Origin: Myxococcales bacterium
GTDB lineage: Bacteria > Myxococcota_A > Polyangia > Polyangiales > Polyangiaceae
DNA: 50,595 nt
Assembly (NCBI GenBank): GCA_043747615.1
Contig: JAYTOU010000006.1
Coordinates: 1 to 50,595, forward strand
Reading direction: 5' to 3'
Part shown: positions 40,292 through 50,286 of the stretch, in pieces
Position numbering within the stretch: the stretch's first letter is position 1
Layout: every line of letters begins with the position of its first letter
Program-made: the position numbers and the translations under genes
The notes under the pieces: model-generated
Databases searched by the model: none
What the model saw: the letters and a program-made list of their open reading frames with translations, nothing else
What the model was told of the DNA's origin: nothing

Positions 40292-40930
40292 CTACGTAGC
40301 GGCCGGGGGAAGGCTCGCGCGCACGTGGCTGACGAGGAGCTCGAGAGCGACCCGATTTTCCCCACCTTCGGGGACAATGATGTCGGCAAAGCGCTTGGAG
40401 GGCTCGACGAAGGCCGTATGCATGGGGCGCACGGTCTCGTTGTACTGCTTGCGGACCTGGGTGAAGGTGCGTCCGCGGTGCTCGAGATCCCGACGAATTC
40501 GTCGCATCAGGCGAATGTCGGCGTCCGTATCGACGAAAATCTTGGCGTCGAAACGATCCCGCAGGCGGGCGTCGGCGAGGACCAAGATCCCCTCCACTAC
40601 GATGACCGGGGTCGGCGCGATGCGTATCCCTTCCACCCGATCGTGGCTGGCAAAGTCGTACGTGGGCCGAACGATGGAGCGGAGCGCCCGGAGCTCGTCG
40701 AGATGGCTCACGAGCAGATCGAGCTCGAGCGCGTCGGGGTGATCGTAATTGACGCGCTCACGCTCCGCGAAGGGGAGGTGCTTCTGCGAGCGGTAGTAGT
40801 GATCCTGCTCGAGGAGGAGCCCCTTGCCTTCGGGGAGCGCGGCGAGGATGGCGCGGGCAATCGTGGATTTTCCCGACCCCGAACCTCCGGCGATGCCCAG
40901 GACGAGCGGCGGCCTCCGAAGTTCCGTCAT
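40292..40930 (-). CDS. udk: Uridine kinase
   Basis: GIAGGSGSGKST, QDHYY, NYDHPDA, P.YDF..H.R, VEGIL, RR..RD...RGR, VRPMH..FVEPSK..AD.I.PEGG.N. Confidence 0.96.
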   Translation of the reverse strand: MTELRRPPLVLGIAGGSGSGKSTIARAILAALPEGKGLLLEQDHYYRSQKHLPFAERERVNYDHPDALELDLLVSHLDELRALRSIVRPTYDFASHDRVEGIRIAPTPVIVVEGILVLADARLRDRFDAKIFVDTDADIRLMRRIRRDLEHRGRTFTQVRKQYNETVRPMHTAFVEPSKRFADIIVPEGGENRVALELLVSHVRASLPPAAT

Positions 40931-40950
40931 GCCTCAGGGCTCGTACCACC

Positions 40951-42015
40951 TCAGGCGCCGGGAGCGGCTATGATCTTTTCCCAACGACCGCGATCGATGT
41001 TTCGACCGGTGAGAACGACGCAGAGATCTCCGCCACAGGCCGCTTCGGGCAGACCAAGGAGAACAGGGACGAGCGCGATGCCTGCGCTTCCTTCGACCAC
41101 CAGTCCGGCCTCCCGGTAAAGGTGCCGGAGGGCGAGATCGATCACGTCTTCGGTGACCACGATGATCCCGGCGATCGCGCCGCGCGCTCGGGCATACGCC
41201 GAAGGAGAGATCCCCCCTTCGAGCCCTTCGGCGAGAGTGAATTCAGAGGACGAGAGGCGTTCGACGGCCTTGCCCGCCGCGAGCGATTGGGCCATCGCCG
41301 GAGAGGCCTCGCTTTGGACCCCCCACACGCGGCGCACTTGATCGAGCCCCTCACCGGACTCGAGCGCGAGCGCGCAGGCCAAACCGGTGGAGAGGCCGCC
41401 GCCTCCGAAAGGTGCCAGCACCACTTCGGGCACGCCGCCCATCGCCCGGACGATTTCGAATCCGAGGGAGCCGCCGTTGCCGGCGATGACATCGAGATCG
41501 TCGTACGGCGAGATGAAAGGCCACTGCCGTGATTTTGCGAGGTGCTTGGCGAGAGCCTGAGCGTCGTCGTAGTGCGTGGTGGGACCGAAGATGAGCTCCG
41601 CACCGTAGGCCGCAATTTTGGCTTGTTTGTTCGCCGGTGTGCCTTGGGGGACGACGACCGTTGCGGGGTGACCAAGGATCGCCGCTGCGTAGGCGACGCC
41701 TCCACCATGGTTGCCCGCGCTCGCCGTGATCACCGGGACGTTCGGTCCGTGCAAGGCAGTGATGGCCGCGAGCGCATTGAGGGCGCCACGCACCTTAAAG
41801 CTGCCCGTCACCTGCAGCGATTCGAGGGCGAGCCACACCCGCGTTCGCCCCGAGGGATCGGCAACGAGATCGAGATCGACGGAACGAACCACCGGCGGCT
41901 CACGGAGGCGGGCATCAGGAAAACGAGCTCCGAAGCGCCGCACGTTTTCGAGCAGCAAATGGGATGGCAGCGTCACCTCGGGCGAAACTTGGCCCGAGGA
42001 AGGAACGACACGCAT
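40951..42015 (-). CDS. Threonine/serine dehydratase-family PLP enzyme (fold type II)
   Basis: ESLQVTGSFKVRGA, ASAGNHG, PYDD..VIAG.G, PFGGGGL, VVEGSA, LTGRNID. Start uncertain. Confidence 0.88.
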   Translation of the reverse strand: MRVVPSSGQVSPEVTLPSHLLLENVRRFGARFPDARLREPPVVRSVDLDLVADPSGRTRVWLALESLQVTGSFKVRGALNALAAITALHGPNVPVITASAGNHGGGVAYAAAILGHPATVVVPQGTPANKQAKIAAYGAELIFGPTTHYDDAQALAKHLAKSRQWPFISPYDDLDVIAGNGGSLGFEIVRAMGGVPEVVLAPFGGGGLSTGLACALALESGEGLDQVRRVWGVQSEASPAMAQSLAAGKAVERLSSSEFTLAEGLEGGISPSAYARARGAIAGIIVVTEDVIDLALRHLYREAGLVVEGSAGIALVPVLLGLPEAACGGDLCVVLTGRNIDRGRWEKIIAAPGA

Positions 42016-42050
42016 GGACTGCGATACGGCCAACGTGCGTGTTTCTTGCG

Positions 42051-42797
42051 TCAGGGCGCCGCCAGCAGCCAGCGAAGTGGACGCCGGTAGTTGGTGATCA
42101 TGCGATCGCCCGTTACCTCGTGACCCATGCCCGGATTGATCTTCACGCGCACCGGCACTTTTGCCGCCTTGAGGATGTCCCCCACGCGCGTGGTGTTCGG
42201 CGCGACTTCGTCGTTTTCGCCAGTGAGCAGGTACACGCGGTGAATTTTTTTCTTGTTTTCTTCGAGGAGCGCGGCCGTGTCGCCCCACCAGTATTGATCG
42301 TTGGCAGCGAGGATCAGCCACCGATTCCAGTTTCCCGCGTCGTGCAACCCGACCTGCATGGCGATGAAGGCGCCTTCGCTGAAGCCGATGAGGATGTTGC
42401 CGTGACGTTGGACCCGACTCTTGTACTTTGCACGTAACGCCGCGATGGTCGCATCGATGATCTGCTTGCCCGCCGGGACGCTGTTGTTCCAGCTGCGCGC
42501 CCCGCCGCCACGATCGTCGGGGCCTTGCGGGCACACTACCCAACCGAACTGGGAAGCGACGCGCGCCCACTTGCGGCAGTCTTCCATTGGGTTTCCGCCA
42601 CGACCGTGGAGGAACATGATGACGGGCCGCGGACCCTTGCCGTAGGAGCGGTAGTAATAAGCCTCCGGCAGCCCGGGGATCTCGAGGTGCTTCGGCTCTC
42701 CGATGACGGCGCGGGTCGCGTGCGCGCTGGGACTGAACGCGATCACCCCGAGGGCGGCGATCAGGCCTAAAACAAGGGGAATAACGCGTAGACGCAC
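42051..42797 (-). CDS. Secreted alpha/beta hydrolase (phospholipase/carboxylesterase-like)
   Basis: Signal peptide (AHA), FLHGRGG, GFSEG nucleophile, GENDEV, GMGHE. Confidence 0.87.
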   Translation of the reverse strand: MRLRVIPLVLGLIAALGVIAFSPSAHATRAVIGEPKHLEIPGLPEAYYYRSYGKGPRPVIMFLHGRGGNPMEDCRKWARVASQFGWVVCPQGPDDRGGGARSWNNSVPAGKQIIDATIAALRAKYKSRVQRHGNILIGFSEGAFIAMQVGLHDAGNWNRWLILAANDQYWWGDTAALLEENKKKIHRVYLLTGENDEVAPNTTRVGDILKAAKVPVRVKINPGMGHEVTGDRMITNYRRPLRWLLAAP

Positions 42798-42825
42798 GAA
42801 GAGCCCCGGAAGATAGCCCGCTGAG

Positions 42826-43731
42826 CTAAGTGCGCAAGCTTTTCAACTCCGCGCCGAGATCCATTCCGAGGCGGCGGGCCTCTTCTTCGGTGGACGGCCA
42901 GGCGATCGTGCGATGCCCGGTGCGATGCGAAGCGCCGTCCGGTTCGGCGATGAACGCGCGAAGAAAAAGCTCTGCCCCGCGCTTCACGGCGTACGCGGCA
43001 AGAGGCGTCTTGCAGTCGCCTTCCAGGGCGACCATGACTCCGCGCTCGGCGGCGACGCAGATGCTGGTGGGACGATCACTGAGCGCGGCGAGAAGACCGC
43101 GGGCATGGGCATCGTCGTCCCGAGTTTCGATCCCGAGCGCGCCCTGACCCACGGCGGGGAGCGAGATCTCGGGTTCGAGAATTTCGGTAGCACGCGCGGT
43201 GAGCCCGAGGCGCACGAGGCCGGCGCGCGCGAGGACGATGGCATCGCACTCCCCAGCGTCGACCTTGCGCAGACGCGTGTCGACGTTCCCGCGCATGGGC
43301 ACGATGTTCAGATCCGGTCTCACCCGTTTGAGCGCGACGGAGCGGCGGAGGCTGCTCGTGCCCACGCTCGCCCCGATCGGAAGCGCAGCCAAATTCAGGT
43401 AGCGCGGTGAGACGATGACATCGCGCGGATCTTCGCGCACGGGGATGCACTCGATGGCGAGTCCTCGCGGAAGCACGCCCGGCACGTCCTTGATGGAGTG
43501 AACGGCGATGTCGGCGCGGTGATCGAGGAGGGCCTCTTCGATCTCTTTGGTGAAGAGCCCTTTGCCTCCGACCTCGGAGAGAGGACGGTCCTGGATCCTG
43601 TCCCCGCTGGTGACGATTTGCTCCTCCACGAGCTGGAGCTCCGGGTGGTTCGCCTGCAGCCGCGCTACGAACGCCCGGCATTGGGCGAGGGCGAGGAGCG
43701 ATTTGCGCGTGGCGTAGACGAGTCGGGGCAT
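42826..43731 (-). CDS. hemC: Hydroxymethylbilane synthase
   Basis: ATRKSLLALAQ, GGKGLFTKEIE, AVHSIKD, GTSSLRR, RGNVDTRL, PAVGQGALG, LEGDC. Confidence 0.97.
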   Translation of the reverse strand: MPRLVYATRKSLLALAQCRAFVARLQANHPELQLVEEQIVTSGDRIQDRPLSEVGGKGLFTKEIEEALLDHRADIAVHSIKDVPGVLPRGLAIECIPVREDPRDVIVSPRYLNLAALPIGASVGTSSLRRSVALKRVRPDLNIVPMRGNVDTRLRKVDAGECDAIVLARAGLVRLGLTARATEILEPEISLPAVGQGALGIETRDDDAHARGLLAALSDRPTSICVAAERGVMVALEGDCKTPLAAYAVKRGAELFLRAFIAEPDGASHRTGHRTIAWPSTEEEARRLGMDLGAELKSLRT

Positions 43732-43755
43732 GGGAGGGTTGTCTGCGAACGGGTC

Positions 43756-45084
43756 TTAGTGCGTGAGGTGCTCGTCGTCTTCGTCTTTTTCTGCAGCCGG
43801 TTCGCCGTCGTCTTCGCTGGGTGCCAATTCCCGTAGGTCGAAGAGGTGCTTCAGCGCTTCGGCGAAATCAGCTCCGGCGTCGCTCGCTGCGCTCGTCTTC
43901 AAGCGGGTGGTGGGTGCATGAAGTAGCTTGTTTACGGCGCTTTCCATCATCTGGTGAAGAGCCGCGCGGTCGCCCGAGGTGAGGTGCTTGAGGCGCCCGC
44001 CGATGCTGCGTTCGAGCTCGCCGATGAGGACGGCGCGGGTGCGAGCGCGCAAAGCGACGATGGTCGGCTGGACGTCGAGACCCCTGGACCACACGTCGAA
44101 CTCGATGAGCTCCTGGGCGACGATCTTCTCCGCCGCGATCACTTCGCTCTGGCGCGCCTTCATACTTTCGGCCACCTGCTTCTCTAGATCGTCGACGTTG
44201 AAGACGTGGGCGTTGTCGATGCTGTGCACCTTCGGATCGACGTTTCGAGGGACGGCGATGTCGATGAGAAAAAGGGTGCGCCCCTTCCGCGCCTTCATCA
44301 CCCGCTTCATCAGATCATAGGTCACGACGAAGGTGGGGCTTGCGGTACTTGCTACGACCACGTCCGCGCGAACGAGCTCCGCTTCGAGCGACGACCACAG
44401 CGTGGCTTCACCGCCGCACGTCTTGGCGAGGGCTTCTCCACGCTCGAAGCTGCGGTTGCACACCCGGATGGGTTGGCCGCCTTTTCCGAGGCTCTTGGCC
44501 GCGGCCTCGGCCATCTCGCCGGCCCCGAGGAGTAGGACGCCGTGGCCTTTCAAGTCGCCGAAGATCTGGCGCGCGAGATCGACCGCGACGCTGCTGATGC
44601 TGACCAGCCCGGCGCCGAGAGAGGTCTCGGTGCGCACGCGCTTGGCCACCGTGAACGCGCGGTTCACGCACCTCCCGAGGTAATTTCCGAGCGTCGAGGC
44701 GGCCATCGCAGCGTCGTACGCGTCCTTCATTTGACCGAGAATTTGAGGCTCCCCGAGGACCATCGAGTCGAGGCTGGCCGCGACGCGGAAGATGTGGCGC
44801 ACGGCGTCGGCTTCGGATTTTCCGTAGAGAAAAGGCGCGAGCTCCTCGCTCGAGACGCTCGCATGCGCGGCCAAGGCTTCACGGATGTCGCGGGTCGAGT
44901 CGGCGTTCTTGCCGGTCGCAAAGACCTCGACGCGGTTGCAGGTGGAGAGAAAAAGCACTTCGCGGAGCTCGGTCTTCGATGCCAACCGGGCGAGCACCTC
45001 GGGAAGTGCATCGGCGCTCGTGGCAAACTTCTCGCGCACGTCGACCGGCGCGGTGCGATGCGAAAGCCCCACCACGAGGATCAC
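43756..45084 (-). CDS. hemA: Glutamyl-tRNA reductase
   Basis: GLSHRTAPV..RE, STCNRVE, SLDSMVLGEPQILGQ, GAGEMA, DIAVPRNV, KLLH.P. GTG 45084 forms a GTGA overlap with the upstream stop. Confidence 0.97.
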   Translation of the reverse strand: MILVVGLSHRTAPVDVREKFATSADALPEVLARLASKTELREVLFLSTCNRVEVFATGKNADSTRDIREALAAHASVSSEELAPFLYGKSEADAVRHIFRVAASLDSMVLGEPQILGQMKDAYDAAMAASTLGNYLGRCVNRAFTVAKRVRTETSLGAGLVSISSVAVDLARQIFGDLKGHGVLLLGAGEMAEAAAKSLGKGGQPIRVCNRSFERGEALAKTCGGEATLWSSLEAELVRADVVVASTASPTFVVTYDLMKRVMKARKGRTLFLIDIAVPRNVDPKVHSIDNAHVFNVDDLEKQVAESMKARQSEVIAAEKIVAQELIEFDVWSRGLDVQPTIVALRARTRAVLIGELERSIGGRLKHLTSGDRAALHQMMESAVNKLLHAPTTRLKTSAASDAGADFAEALKHLFDLRELAPSEDDGEPAAEKDEDDEHLTH

Positions 45085-45929
45085 GGAGCGAGCGCCGTCT
45101 CCACGGCAGGATTCAGGCTTCGCAGGATGTAGAGAATGAGCACGATGACCGCGAAACCGAAGCCCGCGATCGTCCCGTACGCCGCGCGCCTCCCTCGCCA
45201 TCCGGCAGCGGCGCGCAGGAGAAGGACGCCCGCGTAGAGAAACCAGGTGATGTAACCGAACGCCGCGCGCGTGAGATCAGCCGCGCTCCCTGCCTCGACC
45301 CGCCTTGCCCAGAGCGTGCCCGTGAGAATGCCGATCGTCAGGAGCGGAAAGCCCGCGAGGAGAAAGCGATGCTCCGCTTTGTCGAGCGCATCGAGCGGCG
45401 GCAGGCGCTGGAAAAGGCCGACCAGCCGCTTCTTCTTGAGCTGATTTTCTTGCACGAGGTAGGCGACGGCTGCCGCGAAGGCCAGCGTGAAGAGCGCATC
45501 ACCGAGGAGGTTCACCGTCACGTGAAGCGGTAAAATGGCGCTCTTCAGGCGTTGCGACGGCTCCTGCGCGTTCACCGCTACGACGCGCGAAGCGAGGAGA
45601 AAAGTGAGCGCGAGTGGCGCGACGAAGGCGCCGACCACATCGATTTTGTAGCGCCTGCGCATCAGGAGGTAGACGGCGCATACCAGCACCGAGACGACGC
45701 TCATCGCGAAGTGCATCCCCTCCACCGGGCAGACATGGAGAATCATGGCGGAGACGACGATGTGCGTGGCGTGAAGAATCGCCCCCACGAACACCAGACG
45801 AGGCGCCCAGGCCGCTGCTGCGGCAGGCACGCGCTCCGACCCCGCCAGGTGCGCAATGAAGAGCGACCCCGCCAGGAAATAAATAACGACCGTCGCCAGA
45901 AAGAGCGCGTCAGCGAGGTAAGGGTTCAA
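45081..45929 (-). CDS. Cytochrome c assembly protein family (CcsA/HemX-like) membrane protein
   Basis: About 8 TM helices, LHV, YLVQE..LK.K, LPPL..LD, GFPLLT.GI.TG..W, GWRGRRAA. Directly upstream of hemA. Confidence 0.85.
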   Translation of the reverse strand: MNPYLADALFLATVVIYFLAGSLFIAHLAGSERVPAAAAAWAPRLVFVGAILHATHIVVSAMILHVCPVEGMHFAMSVVSVLVCAVYLLMRRRYKIDVVGAFVAPLALTFLLASRVVAVNAQEPSQRLKSAILPLHVTVNLLGDALFTLAFAAAVAYLVQENQLKKKRLVGLFQRLPPLDALDKAEHRFLLAGFPLLTIGILTGTLWARRVEAGSAADLTRAAFGYITWFLYAGVLLLRAAAGWRGRRAAYGTIAGFGFAVIVLILYILRSLNPAVETALAP

Positions 45930-45959
45930 AGCGACCTCTTCACTACACCTGATCGTGCG

Positions 45960-46370
45960 CTATTTCAGGCTCTTCAGCAAAAAGCGAGCGAGGAGGTCTT
46001 CGTCCGTGCGGACCTCCTCGGTGGAGAACTCGGTGCTGCTCGCATGAACCGTCGCCACGTGCTCATCGAACGAGCCAACCGGAGCCCCGAGCCAACCGGG
46101 AACGACGTCGTATGCGTTGTCGCCGATGAGCATCGAGGACTCGAGGAGCTCGGCTCCGAGGGCCTGCAGGTAGACCTTCGACTTCACGCGCCCCACGAGA
46201 TCGTTTGCGTCGGGCTCACCCGCGACCTCTAGAGTGATGCGCACCGCTTCCGCGATGTGGTAGCGGCGAAGCTCGGTCTTGATCGTCAGCTCGGTACCGA
46301 CGAGATCGACCGCGTCGTCCGCCATCCACTGATCAAGGGCTCGCTGCGGGAAAAAGACTCGATTTTGCAT
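45960..46370 (-). CDS. Hypothetical protein
   Basis: Globular-looking 136-aa ORF with GGAG SD and TATAGT -10, co-oriented with the heme operon. Confidence 0.8.
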   Translation of the reverse strand: MQNRVFFPQRALDQWMADDAVDLVGTELTIKTELRRYHIAEAVRITLEVAGEPDANDLVGRVKSKVYLQALGAELLESSMLIGDNAYDVVPGWLGAPVGSFDEHVATVHASSTEFSTEEVRTDEDLLARFLLKSLK

Positions 46371-46389
46371 TTCGCGACTCCGGGCTCTG

Positions 46390-46399
46390 ACTATAGCGT
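46390..46399. promoter_or_regulatory. Putative bidirectional -10 pair
   Basis: TATAGT (-, 46390-46395) and TAGCGT (+, 46394-46399) share a central TA, within a 41-bp divergent gap. Confidence 0.5.
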
Positions 46400-46411
46400 G
46401 GCAGGAGCGAT

Positions 46412-47065
46412 ATGGGCTTACTTGCGGCGTACGAGGCGATTCTTGCGGTGGGAGCGGCGGCGGCTCAGGCTTCTGCCGTCATCGAGATGCGTCACGCCTT
46501 CGAGGGCCGCACCGGATCGTTCGGCCCGGAGGACTCCTGGTTCGAGGCCCGAAGCAACGCCTTCTGGGACGATGCGATGACCACCCAGGCCTTCCCCGAA
46601 CGGGTCGTGGATGCCCTTCCCGAGACGGTGCGAAGCTGGATCAAGCCGCTGATCCGCGCCCATCGGTGTCTCTTTCGGGCGGAAGAGTCGGCGTCGAAAT
46701 GGACGATGATCGACGTCTGGAGCGGGGCCGAGTTCATCGTCGATTCGCCAGAAGGGGGGCTGCGTGAAGCTCTCGACGCGAGCGCGGGGAGCCTGATCGA
46801 TGCCAGGCTTGTCGGGCGGGAGTCGCCGCTCTCGATCCAGCTTTTGCCTGGTGCGATCTTTCATCCCCCGGACGCGAGCGAGGCCATCGAGAAGGTGATC
46901 GAAGTGGCGCGCAGCCAGAAGCTCGGACTGCACGACACCCTCGACGCGCTCCTTCGCATGGAGCGGAATCTGCGCTCCCACGCGCGGGTAAAGCCGGCCT
47001 ACGCCTACCGCTCGAGCGAGCTCGCGAAGAAGCTCCTGACGCCCGAGCCGCGGAAGGTCCCGTAG
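46412..47065 (+). CDS. Hypothetical protein
   Basis: AGGAG SD, 217-aa ORF, stop abuts the next ATG (TAGATG). Confidence 0.78.
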   Translation: MGLLAAYEAILAVGAAAAQASAVIEMRHAFEGRTGSFGPEDSWFEARSNAFWDDAMTTQAFPERVVDALPETVRSWIKPLIRAHRCLFRAEESASKWTMIDVWSGAEFIVDSPEGGLREALDASAGSLIDARLVGRESPLSIQLLPGAIFHPPDASEAIEKVIEVARSQKLGLHDTLDALLRMERNLRSHARVKPAYAYRSSELAKKLLTPEPRKVP

Positions 47066-47797
47066 ATGGCGCTCCCTCCTACGATCGAAGTTCGTCTCGT
47101 CGACAAGCGTCAGCTGACGCCCGCGGTGCGCGAGCTCACGTTCGAGCGGACCGACGGCGCGACGTTCGCGTTCGAGGCCGGCCAGTGGGTGAGTCTGATT
47201 CTTCCGCATCCGGACGGGGAGCTCCGTCGCGCGTACTCCGTTGCGTCGCCGCCGTTCGGCACTCCGCGGTTCGAGGTGGCGATCACCCAGGTCGAAGGCG
47301 GTCCAGGCTCCACGTTTCTCCACGATCTGCCTCTCGGCGCGACGCTCACGGCCGTCGGACCGCAGGGGTTTTTCACCCGTCCCTTTCACAAGTCGGGCCC
47401 TTCCCTCTTCGTGGCCACCGGCACCGGGATCACCCCGCTCCGAAGCATGATCCGCAACGCCGTTAGCGCCGGGAGCGTGATGCCCCTGTGGCTCGTCGCG
47501 GGGGTGCGGACCGAGGGAGACATCATCTACCGGGACGAGCTAGAGAGCCTGGCGCAGGCGAACCCCCATGTTCGTGTAGAGTTCACACTATCTCGCCCAG
47601 GCGTCGAATGGGTTGGTCGGCGCGGATACGTGCAGACCCACGTGAAGGAGCTCTGGGGCGAGCTTGGCGGGCTCGGCCTCGGCCCACAGCACGCCTACAT
47701 TTGCGGCCTCCAAAAGATGGTCGGCGCCGTGCGAGAGCTGCTCCGAAAAGAGATGGGTGTTCCCCGCGAGCAAGTGCACGCCGAGCGCTACGACTGA
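47066..47797 (+). CDS. Ferredoxin-NADP reductase-like FAD/NAD(P)-binding oxidoreductase
   Basis: FEAGQW, RRAYSVAS, GPGS.FL, GPQG.F, ATGTGITPLRSM, GYVQ, YICG..MV, ERYD. Confidence 0.92.
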   Translation: MALPPTIEVRLVDKRQLTPAVRELTFERTDGATFAFEAGQWVSLILPHPDGELRRAYSVASPPFGTPRFEVAITQVEGGPGSTFLHDLPLGATLTAVGPQGFFTRPFHKSGPSLFVATGTGITPLRSMIRNAVSAGSVMPLWLVAGVRTEGDIIYRDELESLAQANPHVRVEFTLSRPGVEWVGRRGYVQTHVKELWGELGGLGLGPQHAYICGLQKMVGAVRELLRKEMGVPREQVHAERYD

Positions 47798-47804
47798 GGA
47801 GCGA

Positions 47805-49235
47805 CTAGTAGCCTTTGCGCGCTACGGCGTCGTCCGACTTCTCGATTTCGCGGGTCGACTGGGTAACCACGGCAGTCGAGGAGTGAGCGCGCATGGCGAC
47901 GACGCGGAGCTCGCCGACGACTTCCTCCGGAAGAACCCCGGCGTTTGGAGGGGTGGGAACTTTCTCGACGGCGGCTGGTGAGTCGCTCTCGAGGGCAATG
48001 CGGTTCGCAGCGGCGCTCGTCGCCAAGCTGTTTTTCCAGGCATCGCCTTTTCGAATGATGAATAGGCGATTACCTACTTTGAGCCCGTCTTGCTCGCCCT
48101 TGTCGATAAACACGACCTGATTCTGCCCATAGAAATTATGGGGGTGAATACTGGCAAGTATCTCCACTCGCATATCTACGGCGTTGCGGACGGGAGGAAC
48201 GATCGTGAATCGCCGGCCGACAGGGCCTATGCGCGCGCCGCGCTCGATTACGTCGAGAGACTCCGTGACCTGAGCCCTCGCGATGTGCTCCTTCGCGTTC
48301 CACTGATCCACCTTCACGGTTCCCTGGATCTGCACGAGCTTGCCGCCCGTGACCGAGCGAATTGGACGGAAAATCGTGAGCTCCTGGCCAAGCTTCAGAT
48401 CGTGGGTGTCGTTGAGCTTGAGGTAGACCTCGTCTAGATCGGTGAGGAACATCTTGTCGACGGGAGCGCCGTCGATCTCGCCCCAGTTGTCGTCGGAGGT
48501 GTCGGCAATGAAGCCTTCGTCGCGCAGGAAGACGGTGTCGGTCGGAACCTGCCGACGCCGGTCGACGAGGCTGCCGCTGTCGTTGCTCGACCTCGCCGCT
48601 TGCGCGGTCTCAGCAATTGCAACGCCCGACCCGCCACGTAATCGAATTTGGTCACCAGGAAATATCCAATGAGGATTCTGGAGCTGGGGGTTGTACGACC
48701 ATACCCGGGGCCACTGATAGGGATTCTGGAAATACGAATCGCAGATGTCCCAGAGCGTGTCGCCTTTGCGAACCGTGTGGAGACCGGGAACGACGCCGCC
48801 TCCAATGCGTGTCGAGCGCGCGTCTCCCTCCCCTAGAAAAACAGGGCCGTTGTCACTTCCGAAGGCCGTTCCGCTGCCGCCGGCCTTCGGAAGAAGATCG
48901 AAGTGGTCGGTCTCGTTGCCTTGAATGGGCCTCGACGACGAGGTGTTTGCGGCGTTGCCTCCGCCGAGGATCTGTCCGGGTCCAAGGGGCGCAACGCCAC
49001 CGGGATAGGTCTGAACGGTGGTAGTCGTGCGCGCGCCACCTCCGCCCGTGCCCGCGCTCTGTACTGCGCCGCCCGCGCCCGCGCCGTTCGAGGGAGCGCC
49101 TTGATCACCCGGAGGCGTCACCGTGGTTTGCGCGAACGCAACGGTCGCCTTCGCCAGGGGGACGATGAACGCCACCGCCGCCGCAACGAAAACAAACGAA
49201 GGACGGCACGCGCGTCGCTCGAAGAAGTGACTCAT
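47805..49235 (-). CDS. Secreted LysM peptidoglycan-binding protein
   Basis: Signal peptide, HTVRKGDTLWDI...F.NPYQWP.VW..NPQLQNPHWIFPGD. Confidence 0.92.
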   Translation of the reverse strand: MSHFFERRACRPSFVFVAAAVAFIVPLAKATVAFAQTTVTPPGDQGAPSNGAGAGGAVQSAGTGGGGARTTTTVQTYPGGVAPLGPGQILGGGNAANTSSSRPIQGNETDHFDLLPKAGGSGTAFGSDNGPVFLGEGDARSTRIGGGVVPGLHTVRKGDTLWDICDSYFQNPYQWPRVWSYNPQLQNPHWIFPGDQIRLRGGSGVAIAETAQAARSSNDSGSLVDRRRQVPTDTVFLRDEGFIADTSDDNWGEIDGAPVDKMFLTDLDEVYLKLNDTHDLKLGQELTIFRPIRSVTGGKLVQIQGTVKVDQWNAKEHIARAQVTESLDVIERGARIGPVGRRFTIVPPVRNAVDMRVEILASIHPHNFYGQNQVVFIDKGEQDGLKVGNRLFIIRKGDAWKNSLATSAAANRIALESDSPAAVEKVPTPPNAGVLPEEVVGELRVVAMRAHSSTAVVTQSTREIEKSDDAVARKGY

Positions 49236-50155
49236 TTGCTCTCCACTTGGTCTTGAGGACCACGCCGCGTCGTCGTGTTTGCGTCGCCGCTCGGAACCCG
49301 GCGCGAGGCTTCACTCCGCGGGAACTCACGTTGCAGGCGATCGAAAGAGGCCTTGGCCTTCACCGGGTTGCCGAGCTTCTGCTGACTCATACCGAGCTTG
49401 AGGAGCGCGTCGGGGACCTTGTTTCCAAGGGGGAACCTGAAGATGGTCCCCTCGAATTGCTCGGCGGCGCGGGAGAATTCTCCTTGCGCGAAGTAGCACT
49501 CGCCTCGCCAGTACGTGGCGTTGTCGGCGTTCGGATGGTCCGGCCACTTCACGAGAAAGGCTGCGAACGCGTCGAGCGCGGGGCCGAACTGCCGTCCGTT
49601 GACGAGCGAGAGGGCGGAGTCGTAGGCCCGCTTGGCTTCGGGATCGAGCGCGCTTGCCCGGGGAGCTCCCGCGCGGATCGCCGGCCCCGATGCGCCGCCA
49701 TTGCTGCCTTCGTCGGGTATGGTCTCTTCGATCACGTCTTGCGAGCGATGCGTCGAAGGCCCTTCATTTCGGCCGTTTCGTCGGCCAGGGCTACCCGCCA
49801 CCTTGATCGAGGGACGCGGCGTCGTGTCGTCGGTGGCCTCGCCGTTGAGCGCGCCGGCAGTTTCGCTGGAGGCCTGGGATTGCTCGGAGCCGTCAGGACT
49901 CAGATGAACGACGCGCAGGTTCGGCGTCGGGCTGCTCATCGAGGATGACGGCCTCGCCGGGGCCCGCTCGACCGGATTTTCCGCAGCCTGGACCTCCAGG
50001 GCATTGAGCCGCTGATTGAACTTGTCGCTGTCGGCCTGGACCCGCGTGAGATCCTCGTGGAGCTTGGTCATCGTGCGGTCTTCGGCGCTTTCCCCGCGCG
50101 CACACCCGAAGAGCGTGAGGCCAGCCAAAAGAGCGCTATAACGGAGATCTCGCAT
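49232..50155 (-). CDS. cpoB: Tol-Pal-associated TPR lipoprotein CpoB/YbgF
   Basis: Lipobox LFG-C, coiled coil, AYD.A, F..F...P......NA.YW.GE, KVPDALLKLG, FP.S. Confidence 0.87.
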   Translation of the reverse strand: MRDLRYSALLAGLTLFGCARGESAEDRTMTKLHEDLTRVQADSDKFNQRLNALEVQAAENPVERAPARPSSSMSSPTPNLRVVHLSPDGSEQSQASSETAGALNGEATDDTTPRPSIKVAGSPGRRNGRNEGPSTHRSQDVIEETIPDEGSNGGASGPAIRAGAPRASALDPEAKRAYDSALSLVNGRQFGPALDAFAAFLVKWPDHPNADNATYWRGECYFAQGEFSRAAEQFEGTIFRFPLGNKVPDALLKLGMSQQKLGNPVKAKASFDRLQREFPRSEASRRVPSGDANTTTRRGPQDQVESK

Positions 50156-50286
50156 CGCCCTAAGCGTAAGCCTGGGCGAGGAGACGGGCCAATTTCCGGC
50201 TTTTCTGGCGCTGCCTTTACCTGAGGCGAGGTTTGAGTAGGCTCGGCAGGTCGTTTACCAGCAAATTACCCGGGAGACGCAGATCA

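Noticed and set aside
40951..42570. Extended N-termini in the ORF track (dehydratase to 42570; likewise luxC 11318, luxE 12403, rsmB 20202, hemA 45201, yidC 7156, RCC1 24160)
   Set aside because: The extensions overlap neighbouring genes. Downstream starts fit the motifs and stop/start overlaps better.
50156..50286. ncRNA or riboswitch in the larger intergenic gaps (also 31850-31980 and 33178-33333)
   Set aside because: No recognisable tRNA cloverleaf or riboswitch consensus by eye. An Infernal/Rfam scan would be needed to exclude one.
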